Shown: positions 49,668 through 60,009 of the stretch, in pieces
Numbering within the stretch: the first letter of the stretch is position 1
Layout of the letters: every line of letters starts with the position of its first letter
Source of the DNA: an archaeon
GTDB taxonomy: Archaea; Asgardarchaeota; Thorarchaeia; Thorarchaeales; Thorarchaeaceae
Assembly: GCA_024276825.1 (NCBI GenBank)
Contig: JAJRWI010000015.1
Location: 44,723 to 108,722, forward strand
Length of the DNA: 64,000 nucleotides
Direction of reading: 5' to 3'
Program-made: the position numbers and the translations under genes
Notes under the pieces: generated by a model
What the model saw: only the letters and a program-made list of their open reading frames with translations
Database searches by the model: none
Told to the model about the DNA's origin: nothing

Positions 49668-50867
49668 TTATCTCTCAGCCTTGAGACGTTTAATCTCTTC
49701 AATCAGGGCAGGGACAACCTCGAAGAGGTCACCCACAATTCCAAAGTCGGCAATCTCAAATATTGGCGCTTCTGGATCTTTGTTGATTGCAACAATGATG
49801 TCGGATGATGACATTCCAGCAAGGTGTTGAATGGCACCTGATATTCCAAGTGCTATATAGAGTCGTGGACATACTGTTCGGCCAGACTGACCAACTTGCT
49901 GAGTGGGAGGAAGCCAGCCCAAGTCAACAATTGGACGTGATCCACCAACTGCTGCATCAAGCAATTCAGCAAGTCTGCGTGACAAGTCCAGATTTGAAGG
50001 GTCCTTGATCCCACGGCCACTACTGACAATCACATCGGCCTCTTCCACGGATTTCATGCCCTCAGTGACTTCGCTCACTCTATCGAGCACCCGAGTTCGA
50101 ACCTGAACAGGATTGATCTTTGCATCAAACTTCTCAATCTCACCAGTTCTCGAAGTGTCGGGCTCACCAGGTTTGAACACGTTGGGGCGCACAGTGGCCA
50201 TCTGGGGTCGGGTGTAGGGTGATATGATCTCTGCCATGATGTTTCCACCAAAGGCAGGGCGAGTCTGAATCAATTGACGTTCCTCATCAATATCAAGACC
50301 AGTACAGTCAGCAGTAAGGCCAAGACCAAGTCTTGCTGCAATTCTTGGTGCTAAATCTCGACCGTTATTGGTTGCACCAAAAAGAACCACTGCAGGTTTT
50401 GCAGGGGCAATCAGGGATGCAAGAGTAATAGTGTAGGCATCGGTAGTATAGTCCCTGAATATCTTATCATCAGCAACTATCACCTTGTCAGCACCATAAT
50501 GAATCAGAGTTTCTGCCAGCGAAGTTACCTCATGACCTATCAATACAGCGACGAGATTTTCACCGAGTTTGTCAGCAAGCTCCCGACCTTTTGTTACCAG
50601 TTCGAGGGCCACGCTTCTCAAGCGTCTATCTACAGTTTCACAGAAGACCCATACATCTTTGTACTGCGCAATGAGCTCCTTGTCTATCATCTTGCGCTCA
50701 ATGAGAATTGCATCTGCAGGACAGACTGCCTCACATGAGCCACAGAGCACACATTTGTCAAGGTCAAATTTCACCTTGTCGCCATCACGCTCTATCGCAC
50801 CAAAACTGCAGGCCTTGATGCATAGCATGCAACCCGTACATGCATCTCTATCGTAAATCAGCCCCAT
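49668..50867 (-). CDS. etfA: Electron transfer flavoprotein alpha with N-terminal 2[4Fe-4S] ferredoxin
   Basis: Two CxxCxxCxxxC motifs; GLTADCT, RPAFGGN, QVGQSG.TV.P.LYIALGISGAIQH.AGM. Confidence 0.96.
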   Translation of the reverse strand: MGLIYDRDACTGCMLCIKACSFGAIERDGDKVKFDLDKCVLCGSCEAVCPADAILIERKMIDKELIAQYKDVWVFCETVDRRLRSVALELVTKGRELADKLGENLVAVLIGHEVTSLAETLIHYGADKVIVADDKIFRDYTTDAYTITLASLIAPAKPAVVLFGATNNGRDLAPRIAARLGLGLTADCTGLDIDEERQLIQTRPAFGGNIMAEIISPYTRPQMATVRPNVFKPGEPDTSRTGEIEKFDAKINPVQVRTRVLDRVSEVTEGMKSVEEADVIVSSGRGIKDPSNLDLSRRLAELLDAAVGGSRPIVDLGWLPPTQQVGQSGRTVCPRLYIALGISGAIQHLAGMSSSDIIVAINKDPEAPIFEIADFGIVGDLFEVVPALIEEIKRLKAER

Positions 50868-50870
50868 TTC

Positions 50871-51659
50871 TCATATCGCCCCCTTCTTTGCAAGGAACTC
50901 CACAAGTTGCTTGGCCGCCTCTTTGGGGTCCTCAGCCTCAATCTTGATACCGCCAGACCTCTTCTCAGGTGGGAACACTTTCCGCACTGCAGTGGGAGAA
51001 CCCTTTAAGCCAATCAGGTCCTCGTTGACACCAAGAGCTGCTGCATCAACCACCTCGAGGGGCTTTTTCTTCGCCTTCATTATGCCCATTATATTCGGGA
51101 GCCTTGGCTCATTGAGACCCTTTGTGGCTGTAATGAGAACTGGTAGCTTTGCCTTTACAACTTCATAGCCCTCATCAGTCTCCCTATGAGCAATGACTGT
51201 CTTTCCATCTTCAGACATCTCAAGATGCCTGACATAACATATTTGAGGAATTCCAAGTAGTTCGGCCAACTCGGGACCAACCTGTGCAGTATCGCCATCG
51301 ATTGCCTGCTTGCCACATATGATCATATCAAACTCCATCTTCTTGATCTGCTGGGCCAGAGTAAAAGCAGTGGCCCAGGTGTCAGCACCGGCAAAGGCAC
51401 GATCAGTCAAATGAATGGCCCGATCACCACCCATTGCTAGAGCCTTGTACAGCGCATCTACTGCTTGAGGGGGTCCCATAGTGATGATAGTGACCTCTCC
51501 TCCATGAGCCTCTTTGAGTTGGATCGCAGCCTCAACTGCATATTCATCAAAGGGATTCAGAATACTTGGAACACCATCACGTATCAGAGTCCCGGTCTCA
51601 GGATTTATCTTGACTTCTGCAACCTCTGGAACTTGCTTCACTGGCACAATGATTTTCAT
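50871..51659 (-). CDS. etfB: Electron transfer flavoprotein beta
   Basis: VKQVP, NPFD..AVE, MGPP, AGADT.AT, GKQAIDGDTAQVG, NEPR. Confidence 0.97.
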   Translation of the reverse strand: MKIIVPVKQVPEVAEVKINPETGTLIRDGVPSILNPFDEYAVEAAIQLKEAHGGEVTIITMGPPQAVDALYKALAMGGDRAIHLTDRAFAGADTWATAFTLAQQIKKMEFDMIICGKQAIDGDTAQVGPELAELLGIPQICYVRHLEMSEDGKTVIAHRETDEGYEVVKAKLPVLITATKGLNEPRLPNIMGIMKAKKKPLEVVDAAALGVNEDLIGLKGSPTAVRKVFPPEKRSGGIKIEAEDPKEAAKQLVEFLAKKGAI

Positions 51660-51886
51660 CCGGAAACACTCCATTAAATGCGTCATGAATGCATGTAGAC
51701 AAAAAATAATGCCCCATTATAAGCAATACGCACGAGGAATTCAATCGCAACTTTCAATCAGGAATCTATGCAACTGGCCATTCAAAGAAGAATTAAATCT
51801 TACTAGTGGTATTCGTAAGTGGTGTTGAGTTCAATCGGTTGAGTTGAGTGTGAATAAAAATGAGTCCAGTCTATTGGAATTATGAT

Positions 51887-52489
51887 ATGAAACGTGTTTC
51901 AATCATCGTTGTTCTGTTGTCAGTATTGATTGTGATGGTACCAATTGACATCATGCTGAAACTTGAACTTATCGCGCTTGTTGTCGTATTGGCAATCGCG
52001 TGGTGTTTTCGATTGGAAAAGGACTTCAAGGTTGGGAGTTCAAATGATACTGAAGTCTATACGCCTGAAGTGGAGGAGCCAAGAGCGTTCTTAAGTGAGT
52101 TGCCAATTGAAACCATTGAAGGAATTGGTGAGGTTTATGGCAAGAAGCTTAGTGCTGAAGGGATCACTACAGTACAAGACTTGCTAGAGAACGAGCCAGA
52201 GAGAATAGCAGAGATATGCGGGGTGAGAGTTGATAAGGTGGAGGTCTGGGTGGCGATGGCTCGTTTTACATGGCTGGAAGGAGTCACTGAAGAGGATGCA
52301 GAGGCCATTGTTCTTGGGGCCAATATCAGCGAGATCATCGATCTTGCCAATGCTGACGCCAACGAGTTGCTTGAGCAGGTCAGGAATGCTGTGGAACGAG
52401 GGGATGTGAGAGTTCCAGCAGGATACGAATTCACGCTTGAAAGAGTCAAGATGTGGATTGAGGCAGCGAGAAGAGTTTCATCAAAGTGA
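51887..52489 (+). CDS. Membrane-anchored HhH (DUF4332-like) protein
   Basis: Two N-terminal TMs; IETIEGIG..Y..KL...GI.T..DLL; WIE.A. Confidence 0.75.
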   Translation: MKRVSIIVVLLSVLIVMVPIDIMLKLELIALVVVLAIAWCFRLEKDFKVGSSNDTEVYTPEVEEPRAFLSELPIETIEGIGEVYGKKLSAEGITTVQDLLENEPERIAEICGVRVDKVEVWVAMARFTWLEGVTEEDAEAIVLGANISEIIDLANADANELLEQVRNAVERGDVRVPAGYEFTLERVKMWIEAARRVSSK

Positions 52490-52576
52490 GGGCATTATGA
52501 CTTTGGCGCAAGCCTTTTATGATATATGATGTGCATAACTCTCAGTTTGACAATACCCATTAACTGGTGAACTGAC

Positions 52577-52915
52577 ATGGGGAAAGAGAAAATACTTGGC
52601 GGAATCATCTTCATTTTCGCATTATTGTTGATCCTTTACTACACGTGGGGTCTCGTACTACTACCACTATTTCCAGCTTTGGGAGATTGGGTGGACGCAA
52701 CATTCGGAACGGGGACTTTCCTTAACTTGATATTTAAACCAAGTTGGGAGATTCTTGTCATAATTCCAATTTACCTTGCTGCTATACTCATTGGCCTGAT
52801 AGCAATGTGGATTGGATATACAATGCTCACCACTCCTGCACCAGAGCCACTAGAGGACTTTGATTTTGATGAAGAGGAAGTGGCCGAGGAGAAGCCTGAG
52901 GAGTCCACTGAGTAA
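52577..52915 (+). CDS. Two-TM membrane protein, DPM2-like
   Basis: G...YYT..LVLLP.F...P....IIP...WIGYTMLTTP.P followed by an acidic tail. Confidence 0.7.
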   Translation: MGKEKILGGIIFIFALLLILYYTWGLVLLPLFPALGDWVDATFGTGTFLNLIFKPSWEILVIIPIYLAAILIGLIAMWIGYTMLTTPAPEPLEDFDFDEEEVAEEKPEESTE

Positions 52916-52999
52916 AGACTTGACCCAAAAATCATCTAGAGTCGAGGAATGAGTGGGGCGCTAATTGCCCTCTCATCACTCGATCGAATCAGTTCAATT

Positions 53000-54364
53000 C
53001 TAACTATTACTCATTCTAATTGCTTCTTCAATCAGTTTTTTGCCTTTCTCGCACAGTCTATCGGCGGCTTCCTGAGTCTTGCCCTCAGCAAAGCATCTCC
53101 ATAATGGTTCGGTGCCAGAGGGGCGCAATAAGACCCAGCCATCCTTGTAGATCAGTTTGATACCATCGATTGTGATTCTCTCATTGTCCTTTGTAAGTTC
53201 AAGGAGTGGTTCCAAGAGCCTTGTCTTAATCTCACTTGGTACGGAAACTTTGATCTTTGTGCTGTAATATTGCGGAAGTTCATTGACAATCTCAGAGAGG
53301 GACTTGTTCTCAACCGACATTATCTCAACTATTTGTGCTGCAGTCATTGCGCCATCACGCACGGGCTGATGGGGAGGATAGAAGACACCACCATTCTCTT
53401 CACCTCCAAGCTCAGCACCAGTTTCCTTTAGTCTATGAGACACAACAACACTACCAACCACTGTCCAGTCTATCTTTGCACCTGCGTTTCTTGCCACATC
53501 TTCAATCAGCCGTCCGCTACTCACTGGGGTGACAAGTGTGGAACCACTCTTACGTGCAAGAACTCTCGAAGCGACTATAGCAAAAGACTGGTCACCCCAG
53601 AGAATGCGTCCGTTCTCATCGACAAATGTTGCCCTATCAGCATCACCGTCATGGGCGATACCAAGGTCCGCCCCTGTAGATCTCACCACTTCCGCAAGAT
53701 GAACAATGTTCTCAGGAGTGGGTTCGGGGTTTCGGCCAGGGAAGGCACCATCAAGTTGTGAGTTTAGCGATATCACGGTGCATCCAAGTTCTCTCATCAG
53801 TATTGGTGTGACCAGTGATCCAACACTGTTCGCCCCGTCAACGACTACGGTGAGAGATCTCTTATGTATTGCCTCCGCATCAACATGAGATTCTATTGCA
53901 GAAATGTATTGTTCAATGGCTCTGTCATAGTTGCGGGTGGAGCCAATCTCCGCCCAGTCAGCCTTTCTGAAGCTGCTATTGAAGTAGACATCCTCAATCG
54001 ATGACTCAACCTCTCTAGACACTTCAATCCCATCAGCCCCCATGACTTTTATCCCATTGAACTCAGGGGGATTGTGAGATGCCGTGATCATTATCCCGCC
54101 CACACAGTTCAGGCGTGGGATCATGAACTGAAGAGTAGGAGTTGGGGACGGACCGATATCCACAACCGAACATCCAGTTGATAGAAGCCCCGATCTAACC
54201 GCGTTTGTCAACATTGTCCCACCACGCCTTGAGTCCCGAGAGATCGCAATCTCGCCAGGTCCCAAGACCGTGCCCACTGCGCGTGCGAGCCTGAGTGCAA
54301 GCTCTGGAGTCATCTCATCATTGATTCGTCCTCGAACACCATTGGTACCAAACAGGCGCCCCAT
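53000..54364 (-). CDS. glmM: Phosphoglucosamine mutase / phosphomannomutase
   Basis: LFGTNGVRG, TASHNP, DGDADR, GGEENG, RPSGTEP. Confidence 0.93.
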   Translation of the reverse strand: MGRLFGTNGVRGRINDEMTPELALRLARAVGTVLGPGEIAISRDSRRGGTMLTNAVRSGLLSTGCSVVDIGPSPTPTLQFMIPRLNCVGGIMITASHNPPEFNGIKVMGADGIEVSREVESSIEDVYFNSSFRKADWAEIGSTRNYDRAIEQYISAIESHVDAEAIHKRSLTVVVDGANSVGSLVTPILMRELGCTVISLNSQLDGAFPGRNPEPTPENIVHLAEVVRSTGADLGIAHDGDADRATFVDENGRILWGDQSFAIVASRVLARKSGSTLVTPVSSGRLIEDVARNAGAKIDWTVVGSVVVSHRLKETGAELGGEENGGVFYPPHQPVRDGAMTAAQIVEIMSVENKSLSEIVNELPQYYSTKIKVSVPSEIKTRLLEPLLELTKDNERITIDGIKLIYKDGWVLLRPSGTEPLWRCFAEGKTQEAADRLCEKGKKLIEEAIRMSNS

Positions 54365-54441
54365 TGTTCATCACATCAATACTGGCAGAAATCTCAGCAC
54401 TTAAGAGTATAATTGATTGAGGAAATTGTGAGGCTCTGGCA

Positions 54442-55029
54442 TTGGGATTTCTAAGAAGAAAGTCTGACAAGAGATACAAGGAGGCTGCAAGGCTCCTCTC
54501 CGATGGCAGGGCATCAGAGGCCATCTCCATACTGAAAGAGATCTTGCAGCAGGACCCAAAACATTCGAACGCCCTTACCACCCTTGGTGTGGCCCTCCTA
54601 GAGATCCAAGGCAATGCTAAATGGGATGATCCTGGGACACAAGAGGCATTCAGACTCTTTGACAGAGCAGCTGAGATCAATCCTAAGGACCCTGTCCCCC
54701 TGTTTAATAAAGCAGTGAGCCTTCGCAATCTTGACAGACTGGAGGAGGCCCTCGAGGTGTTTCAACAGGTCCTCGATATTGAAGAACGCCTTCCGCTTGC
54801 AATCCTGCATATGGCAGAGATAAACTACGAACTTGGACGATGGGAGAAGGCCATTGAACTCGCACGCCTTGCATTAATCAGAGATCCAGGAATCGGTGAG
54901 GCACTCTCATGGGTCAAGGAAGCAATGCGCAAGGCGGGCTATCTAGATGAAGACGGTAATGTCATCCTAGAAAAAGTCCCGTGGAATGTCGACAAGCTTG
55001 GAAAGAGAAACACCCCAAATGATGATTAA
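54442..55029 (+). CDS. TPR protein
   Basis: Several 34-aa TPR-like repeats. Confidence 0.85.
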   Translation: MGFLRRKSDKRYKEAARLLSDGRASEAISILKEILQQDPKHSNALTTLGVALLEIQGNAKWDDPGTQEAFRLFDRAAEINPKDPVPLFNKAVSLRNLDRLEEALEVFQQVLDIEERLPLAILHMAEINYELGRWEKAIELARLALIRDPGIGEALSWVKEAMRKAGYLDEDGNVILEKVPWNVDKLGKRNTPNDD

Positions 55030-55102
55030 GATTGACATGGTTTTTGATTTCCAGTTGAACGGTGATGTTTGGCAAGTCCAGTTCGCAATGCTTAAATGCT
55101 TA

Positions 55103-55166
55103 TCAATCAGATTGAGCGCGTCTACGGACGAATATATTCACCCCTATCTACATTGTAGGTGATGTC
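55103..55166 (+). promoter_or_regulatory. Structured 5' leader of rps19
   Basis: CGTC-TACG-GACG tetraloop hairpin; TCACC/GGTGA stem covering the SD. Confidence 0.5.
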
Positions 55167-55574
55167 ATGTCTAAAGCTGAACCAATGTATCGCGGCTATC
55201 CCCTTTCTCAACTAGCTAAGATGAGTATGGATGAACTGATTGAGCTACTACCCACTCGTAGACGCAGGACCCTTCGACGTGGCTTGCCCCCACGTCATAA
55301 GAAATTGCTCATGAAACTTCGTGCTGCCCGCAAGACCCAGCGCAAGGGCAAAGAAGTCATCGTCAAGACCCACTGCCGCGATATGGTCATTCTCCCTGAA
55401 ATGGTAGATCTCACTATAGGTGTTCACAACGGCAAAGAGTTCGTCCGTGTCAAGATTCTCCCACAGATGATTGGACATTTGTTGGGGGAGTTTGCAATCA
55501 CGAATAAGCGTGTACAGCACGGCAGCCCAGGAATTGGTGCGACTAAGAGCAGCGCATATGTGCCACTGAAATAG
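55167..55574 (+). CDS. rps19: 30S ribosomal protein uS19
   Basis: YRG, RR.L.RG, KTHCRDM.ILPEM, HNGKEF, MIGH.LGEF, HG.PG.GAT.SS..VPLK. Confidence 0.98.
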   Translation: MSKAEPMYRGYPLSQLAKMSMDELIELLPTRRRRTLRRGLPPRHKKLLMKLRAARKTQRKGKEVIVKTHCRDMVILPEMVDLTIGVHNGKEFVRVKILPQMIGHLLGEFAITNKRVQHGSPGIGATKSSAYVPLK

Positions 55575-55624
55575 TCCAAGTGGGGATTCTATCCCACCGC
55601 CTATTGCATCAATTCATTCAGTTT

Positions 55625-56428
55625 CTATAGATGTAAGGTCATTTCATAGAGTCTATGATGCAGCTTGTAGCCGCGCTCATGGCAGAGTTGTGCCAGTTCC
55701 TCGTTGTCAGAGAATGCGATTCTGACGTAGTCAAACTGGGGCAGGCTGTGTTGCTGTAGCCCATACATAAAATCATCAAACACATAGGTCCTATCGATTA
55801 TGAAGGGGTGACATCCTGGAAATGAGGGAGTAAAACGACAGGCACCGACAATCTCTCCAGTCATGGTTCTTAGAACAAGGACCTTATTGCGGTCGGTCTT
55901 GAGGTAACGCCTAATCTGTGTTGGTGGAAATGCTTCGGGATATTTTGCCTCGATAACTACAATCTCTCTTTCTTTGATCAAATCACATGAGAGTTCACCG
56001 CTGGGGGATATTGATTCGAAAGGCACGAAGTAATGCCACATATTGCCTGTGATTGCAAAGCCGAACTTCTTGTAGAGGTGTTGAGCATGAAAGTTGTCCT
56101 GTTGAGTGTAGAGAATTATCTTTGAAACCTCTTTCTTCTTAAACCATTCAATGGCGAAACGCATCAGTTGTGAACCATATCCTTGGTTCTGATATGACTC
56201 CTTCACTCCTATTCTACTAAGATGACCAGCATTTTCGCCGAATATGCCAAGAGAGAGTTGACCAATTAGTTCACCATCATCCAGAAAGAGTCCAAAGAAC
56301 CGATTGGCCTCCACAATGATCTTGAATACCTCGAATGTTATATAATCATCAGGAAAAACTGCTAGGTCCAGATCTGTGAGCTGTTCCCAGTCTAAAACTT
56401 GAAGTGGTCTGATTTCAAACGGTTTCAT
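55625..56428 (-). CDS. GNAT acetyltransferase
   Basis: IGV..YQNQGYG..LM, N..A..LY.KFGF. Confidence 0.9.
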   Translation of the reverse strand: MKPFEIRPLQVLDWEQLTDLDLAVFPDDYITFEVFKIIVEANRFFGLFLDDGELIGQLSLGIFGENAGHLSRIGVKESYQNQGYGSQLMRFAIEWFKKKEVSKIILYTQQDNFHAQHLYKKFGFAITGNMWHYFVPFESISPSGELSCDLIKEREIVVIEAKYPEAFPPTQIRRYLKTDRNKVLVLRTMTGEIVGACRFTPSFPGCHPFIIDRTYVFDDFMYGLQQHSLPQFDYVRIAFSDNEELAQLCHERGYKLHHRLYEMTLHL

Positions 56429-56499
56429 CCAATATTCCCCATTGTGGATGGACTGCGTTAAAACAAAAACACTTGGTCAATGGCCATTGGCCGCACTAA

Positions 56500-57123
56500 T
56501 CACTTCGTCATCCATTTTATCGAGTTGTAAACTCTTTTAATGGCAGGGGGCAGATTCTTTGCCCTCTTCAGTGAGCTATCCGCAATGAGTGAAACGCCCT
56601 CATCAACGCCAAGTTTAATCAGACCTATGCAATTGAATAGTGGAGAGATGTCCAATTCAGATATTTCGTTTTTTGTAAGGGTTAGATTTCGCAGTCTTTT
56701 GCATCTCTTTAGGGGAGAGAGATCTATATTCCTGATACGATTGCCATAGAGATGAAGTGTCTTCAAACCGTGTAGGTGTGCTAGGACACTAAGGTCAATC
56801 TCAGAGAGACGATTGAACGACAGGTCCAGATGTGTGAGATTGACACAGTCACCAAGTGGGGACAGATCGATTGAGTCCAGCTCATTTCCGCCTAGTGAGA
56901 GTTCCATCAATGATGTGCAATTGCTCAGGGGTCCAAGGTCGATTCTCTGCAGTTCGTTGCCTGATAGAGTCAGTACTTCAACATTCTGCATCTGGCTGAG
57001 TGGGGACAAGTCAGTTGATGATATCCGCCTGTCGCTCAGGTCGATTGTGGTCGCTCCTATATCAAAGGACTCAACAACCCTTGCACTCTTCTTTGTTTCA
57101 CTCCATATGGTAATATCCGGCAT
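56500..57123 (-). CDS. Leucine-rich repeat protein
   Basis: About six 22-aa repeats LxxLxLxxNxLxxIDLSPL. Confidence 0.92.
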   Translation of the reverse strand: MPDITIWSETKKSARVVESFDIGATTIDLSDRRISSTDLSPLSQMQNVEVLTLSGNELQRIDLGPLSNCTSLMELSLGGNELDSIDLSPLGDCVNLTHLDLSFNRLSEIDLSVLAHLHGLKTLHLYGNRIRNIDLSPLKRCKRLRNLTLTKNEISELDISPLFNCIGLIKLGVDEGVSLIADSSLKRAKNLPPAIKRVYNSIKWMTK

Positions 57124-57189
57124 TATGTATGCATCTCAAACTAGATTTACATCAGCCTCTAATAAAGTGAGAGGAATCATAAAATTTCT

Positions 57190-57652
57190 GTTCTAGAGAG
57201 AGGAAGAAATAGACATCGCTCAATTTCTCGGGTGAGGCAACAAGTCAAACTGCACGGATATTGTCTGCCTGACCCCCTTAGTTTCTTTAGTAAACTGTCA
57301 GGTCATATGCTGAGAATGCCACCGGAGCTGTCTTAATAAAAGCCAATAAGAACGGTTATCACTTGTTCATAATTGTCAACCTTTAGCCAGCCAAAGGGCA
57401 CACAGGCCGCCATGTCTGAATAGTCAGGTTCGTCTGGCTCCGTTATCTTCTTGATTCCACCTGTGTCTATGTTGTGCTCATGACACTGAGAGGACTACTA
57501 AAGCCTTTCAATAAAGCCTCTGCTGAAATCGACTGATTCGCACTTTCTCGTCAATGATGCAATGCTAGTGAACTTGTGATCAAAATCGCCAGGTGGATCT
57601 GTGTACCACTTGTGAATTCTACAATCCAACATGATAAAAGAGATACCTCTAA
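57190..57652 (-). pseudogene. Decayed copy of the 'DPGPSDDF' protein family; absent from the ORF track
   Basis: Minus-strand hand translation LEVSLLSCWIVEF / DPPGDFDHKFTSI / GIKKITEPD...ILSI*PD aligns with 57739-58251; contains stops and frameshifts. Confidence 0.8.
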
Positions 57653-57738
57653 TGGAGGTATGTACTCCAATCTCATTATAGTTTTATTTAATCAAATTAA
57701 TAGCACATGAGTTCGGTCAGGCGAAACATGATATAATG

Positions 57739-58251
57739 TTATAATCGATTGATCTTGTTTGAACCGCTGCTTCCAGAAGAGGACTCAATTGGCAGAATGA
57801 GGTATACACCATCCCATTTTGCAGGTGCGTTAACAATGAGTTTCAATAAGTTGGTCAATAGCGATCTATCACTCTTCACTGCTTCAACAAGGCCATCAGG
57901 CCAAAGGCCAAGGAGACCAAAGGTGTCATCTGAGTATTCGGCTAATAAACAACCAGTCTGTAGTTTGGTACCATCAATCTCGATAAGTCCTATTAAGGCG
58001 TAAATAGCCTTGTTTGTATACACCTTGCCGTCAGGGGACGTTATCTTCTTGATGTTGCCAATTATTGAATAGTTCTCTCTTGAGGAGATCAGCATTGAGA
58101 TTTCATTGATGAAGTTCTTTGACAGCTTGTAGTCAGACGAGTTTCTTATTATTGACTCAATGCTTGCAAATTCAAAGGTGAAGTCATCGGATGGCCCGGG
58201 GTCTTCACCATCAAACTCAACAACCCAATATGACAATATAGTTACCTCCAA
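57739..58251 (-). CDS. Unknown protein, 'DPGPSDDF' family copy 1
   Basis: Shares W.V.FDG.DPG.SDDFT, IGN.K.I.SP.G, GCLL..Y, LGLWPD with copies 2 and 3. Confidence 0.85.
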   Translation of the reverse strand: MEVTILSYWVVEFDGEDPGPSDDFTFEFASIESIIRNSSDYKLSKNFINEISMLISSRENYSIIGNIKKITSPDGKVYTNKAIYALIGLIEIDGTKLQTGCLLAEYSDDTFGLLGLWPDGLVEAVKSDRSLLTNLLKLIVNAPAKWDGVYLILPIESSSGSSGSNKINRL

Positions 58252-58394
58252 AACATAATTACTTGTTATAGAAACCTTGTGGTTTATTTCTTTTGTGAGG
58301 TTGAATTCATGCAGATTGTGATTGTGCTTTTGTTTGTAAAGTCGAAGTATGAAGGAATCTCAGTTTGGAGAGAAAGCTGACTTGATAGCGAATA

Positions 58395-58679
58395 TCATAT
58401 TGGCTTCAGGTAAATTTGCATCAATGCACGTTGTTGTTCAAAATTAATCTGGAGCTCTTTAATTCGGTCTATATTGGCATAATACAAGGGTTGGCGCATG
58501 TCATTCAGGTTTGGAATTCTTCTACACAGATGAACACTTGTCAGTCTACGAAGAGCTGATGAAACAGAGCGCGGAGATAGACTTACCTCGTTACAGATCT
58601 GCTTTGGAGACATTGGCCCCTTTGTGGCCAGCTCATGCAGTACTACAAGGGCACTGATTGGTAGTGTGATACTTGACAT
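58395..58679 (-). CDS. MarR-like wHTH protein
   Basis: GGTGA SD before MSSIT; L...GPMSPKQI...SLSPRSV..AL..L...R.PNL.D.RQ..Y. Confidence 0.8.
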   Translation of the reverse strand: MSSITLPISALVVLHELATKGPMSPKQICNEVSLSPRSVSSALRRLTSVHLCRRIPNLNDMRQPLYYANIDRIKELQINFEQQRALMQIYLKPI

Positions 58680-58749
58680 GATACTCACCAGATCTTTTTT
58701 GGGGAGGCAAGTTACTCGTTGTTTTCTTGCCATCCCCGTAATAATATAT

Positions 58750-58779
58750 ATGGCAAATAATTTATATTTATTTTGCCAT
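58750..58779. promoter_or_regulatory. Inverted repeat enclosing a TATA-like element between divergent regulators
   Basis: ATGGCAAA-taatttatatttat-TTTGCCAT. Confidence 0.5.
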
Positions 58780-58867
58780 TGAAGTATTTCCAAGAGAATG
58801 ACTGAACAATAGTATCCTATCACAGCCCAATGAGTTTTTGATTGTGATAAATCATATAGATTAGTCA

Positions 58868-59995
58868 ATGGAGAGAACCGAACTGAGAAAAAGAGGGTTG
58901 CTGGATCAGAAGGACTTGGAGATTCTGGATGCACTGGATCAGCTGGGAGGAAATGCAACAGCTCAAGAGATCAGTGAGTTTTTGAGTTCAAAGAACCCTG
59001 AGCAGAATTATCCAGCGAGGACCATTCGATATAGGGTTTCTATGCTTACAGAGAGGGGGATATTGCTTCCACAGTTTCTTCAGACACATGAAAGGAGGAT
59101 TGGTCTGGGAGAAGGGATTCTTCTAGTTCAAGAGGGAGGAAGTATGAGTGAGGTCCTTGAAAGGGTAGCCAGGAATATTCCCATATTCTATTGGTTCTTT
59201 CCCACAATTGGCCAGTTTAATGGTCTAATGATCCATACAATTCATGATGTTCAATCACCTGACATGATTCATAATATTGCCAGAGTAATGATAGAAACAG
59301 GTCTCATCAAAGATTATTCGTTCTTCGATATTGTGGACTATGCCACAAAGAGTGTTGATTTCAGATATTATCAACCAGAGGGTGGCTGGGACTGGAATTG
59401 GAAACGATGGTATAATAATATTCAGTCGAACCTTCAGGAACAAAGAGCCAATCCATTCGTTCTTCAGGAAGATCAACCATTATTCGAGTGTGATGAGGTT
59501 GATATCACCATCCTCAAACATATGAAGATTAACCCCAATGTTTCAATGAGAGAGTTAGCATCAATCACACAGGCGCCATTGCCAGAGGTGCGTGAACGAG
59601 TTCAAAAACTACGGGAAAACGGAGTGATTAGAGGTTCTAAGCGTGCATATGGTCTTATAGGAGAATTACTATGGGTTTCATGTTTTCTCAGAATGAATGA
59701 TAATGTGGGGGGAGTCATGCAATGCATCAGGGAACTGCCATTTCCTGGAGGTATATTGATGCATGATAATGAAAGATATTGTGTTCAGCTCGGGCTTGAC
59801 GCTGATGATCTGAAGCCATTTCTTGAGGGGTTACGAATGATGGGGTCGTTCCTTGATTCATATTCAATTCAAATTCATCTTGCAGATAGAGTTGAGGCGC
59901 ATTATCTGGACATGTTCGACTATTTCGACAAAGAAGAGAAAAGGTGGAAGATACCCGTTGAAGAGTATCTTCGTATGATCACCAAGAAGAAATAA
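58868..59995 (+). CDS. Lrp/AsnC-like regulator with duplicated wHTH
   Basis: LDQKDLEIL..L HTH and a second DEVDITIL...SMRELA...RVQKL.ENGVI; same architecture as 27410-28516. Confidence 0.8.
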   Translation: MERTELRKRGLLDQKDLEILDALDQLGGNATAQEISEFLSSKNPEQNYPARTIRYRVSMLTERGILLPQFLQTHERRIGLGEGILLVQEGGSMSEVLERVARNIPIFYWFFPTIGQFNGLMIHTIHDVQSPDMIHNIARVMIETGLIKDYSFFDIVDYATKSVDFRYYQPEGGWDWNWKRWYNNIQSNLQEQRANPFVLQEDQPLFECDEVDITILKHMKINPNVSMRELASITQAPLPEVRERVQKLRENGVIRGSKRAYGLIGELLWVSCFLRMNDNVGGVMQCIRELPFPGGILMHDNERYCVQLGLDADDLKPFLEGLRMMGSFLDSYSIQIHLADRVEAHYLDMFDYFDKEEKRWKIPVEEYLRMITKKK

Positions 59996-60009
59996 TTGTG
60001 TTGATTTAC

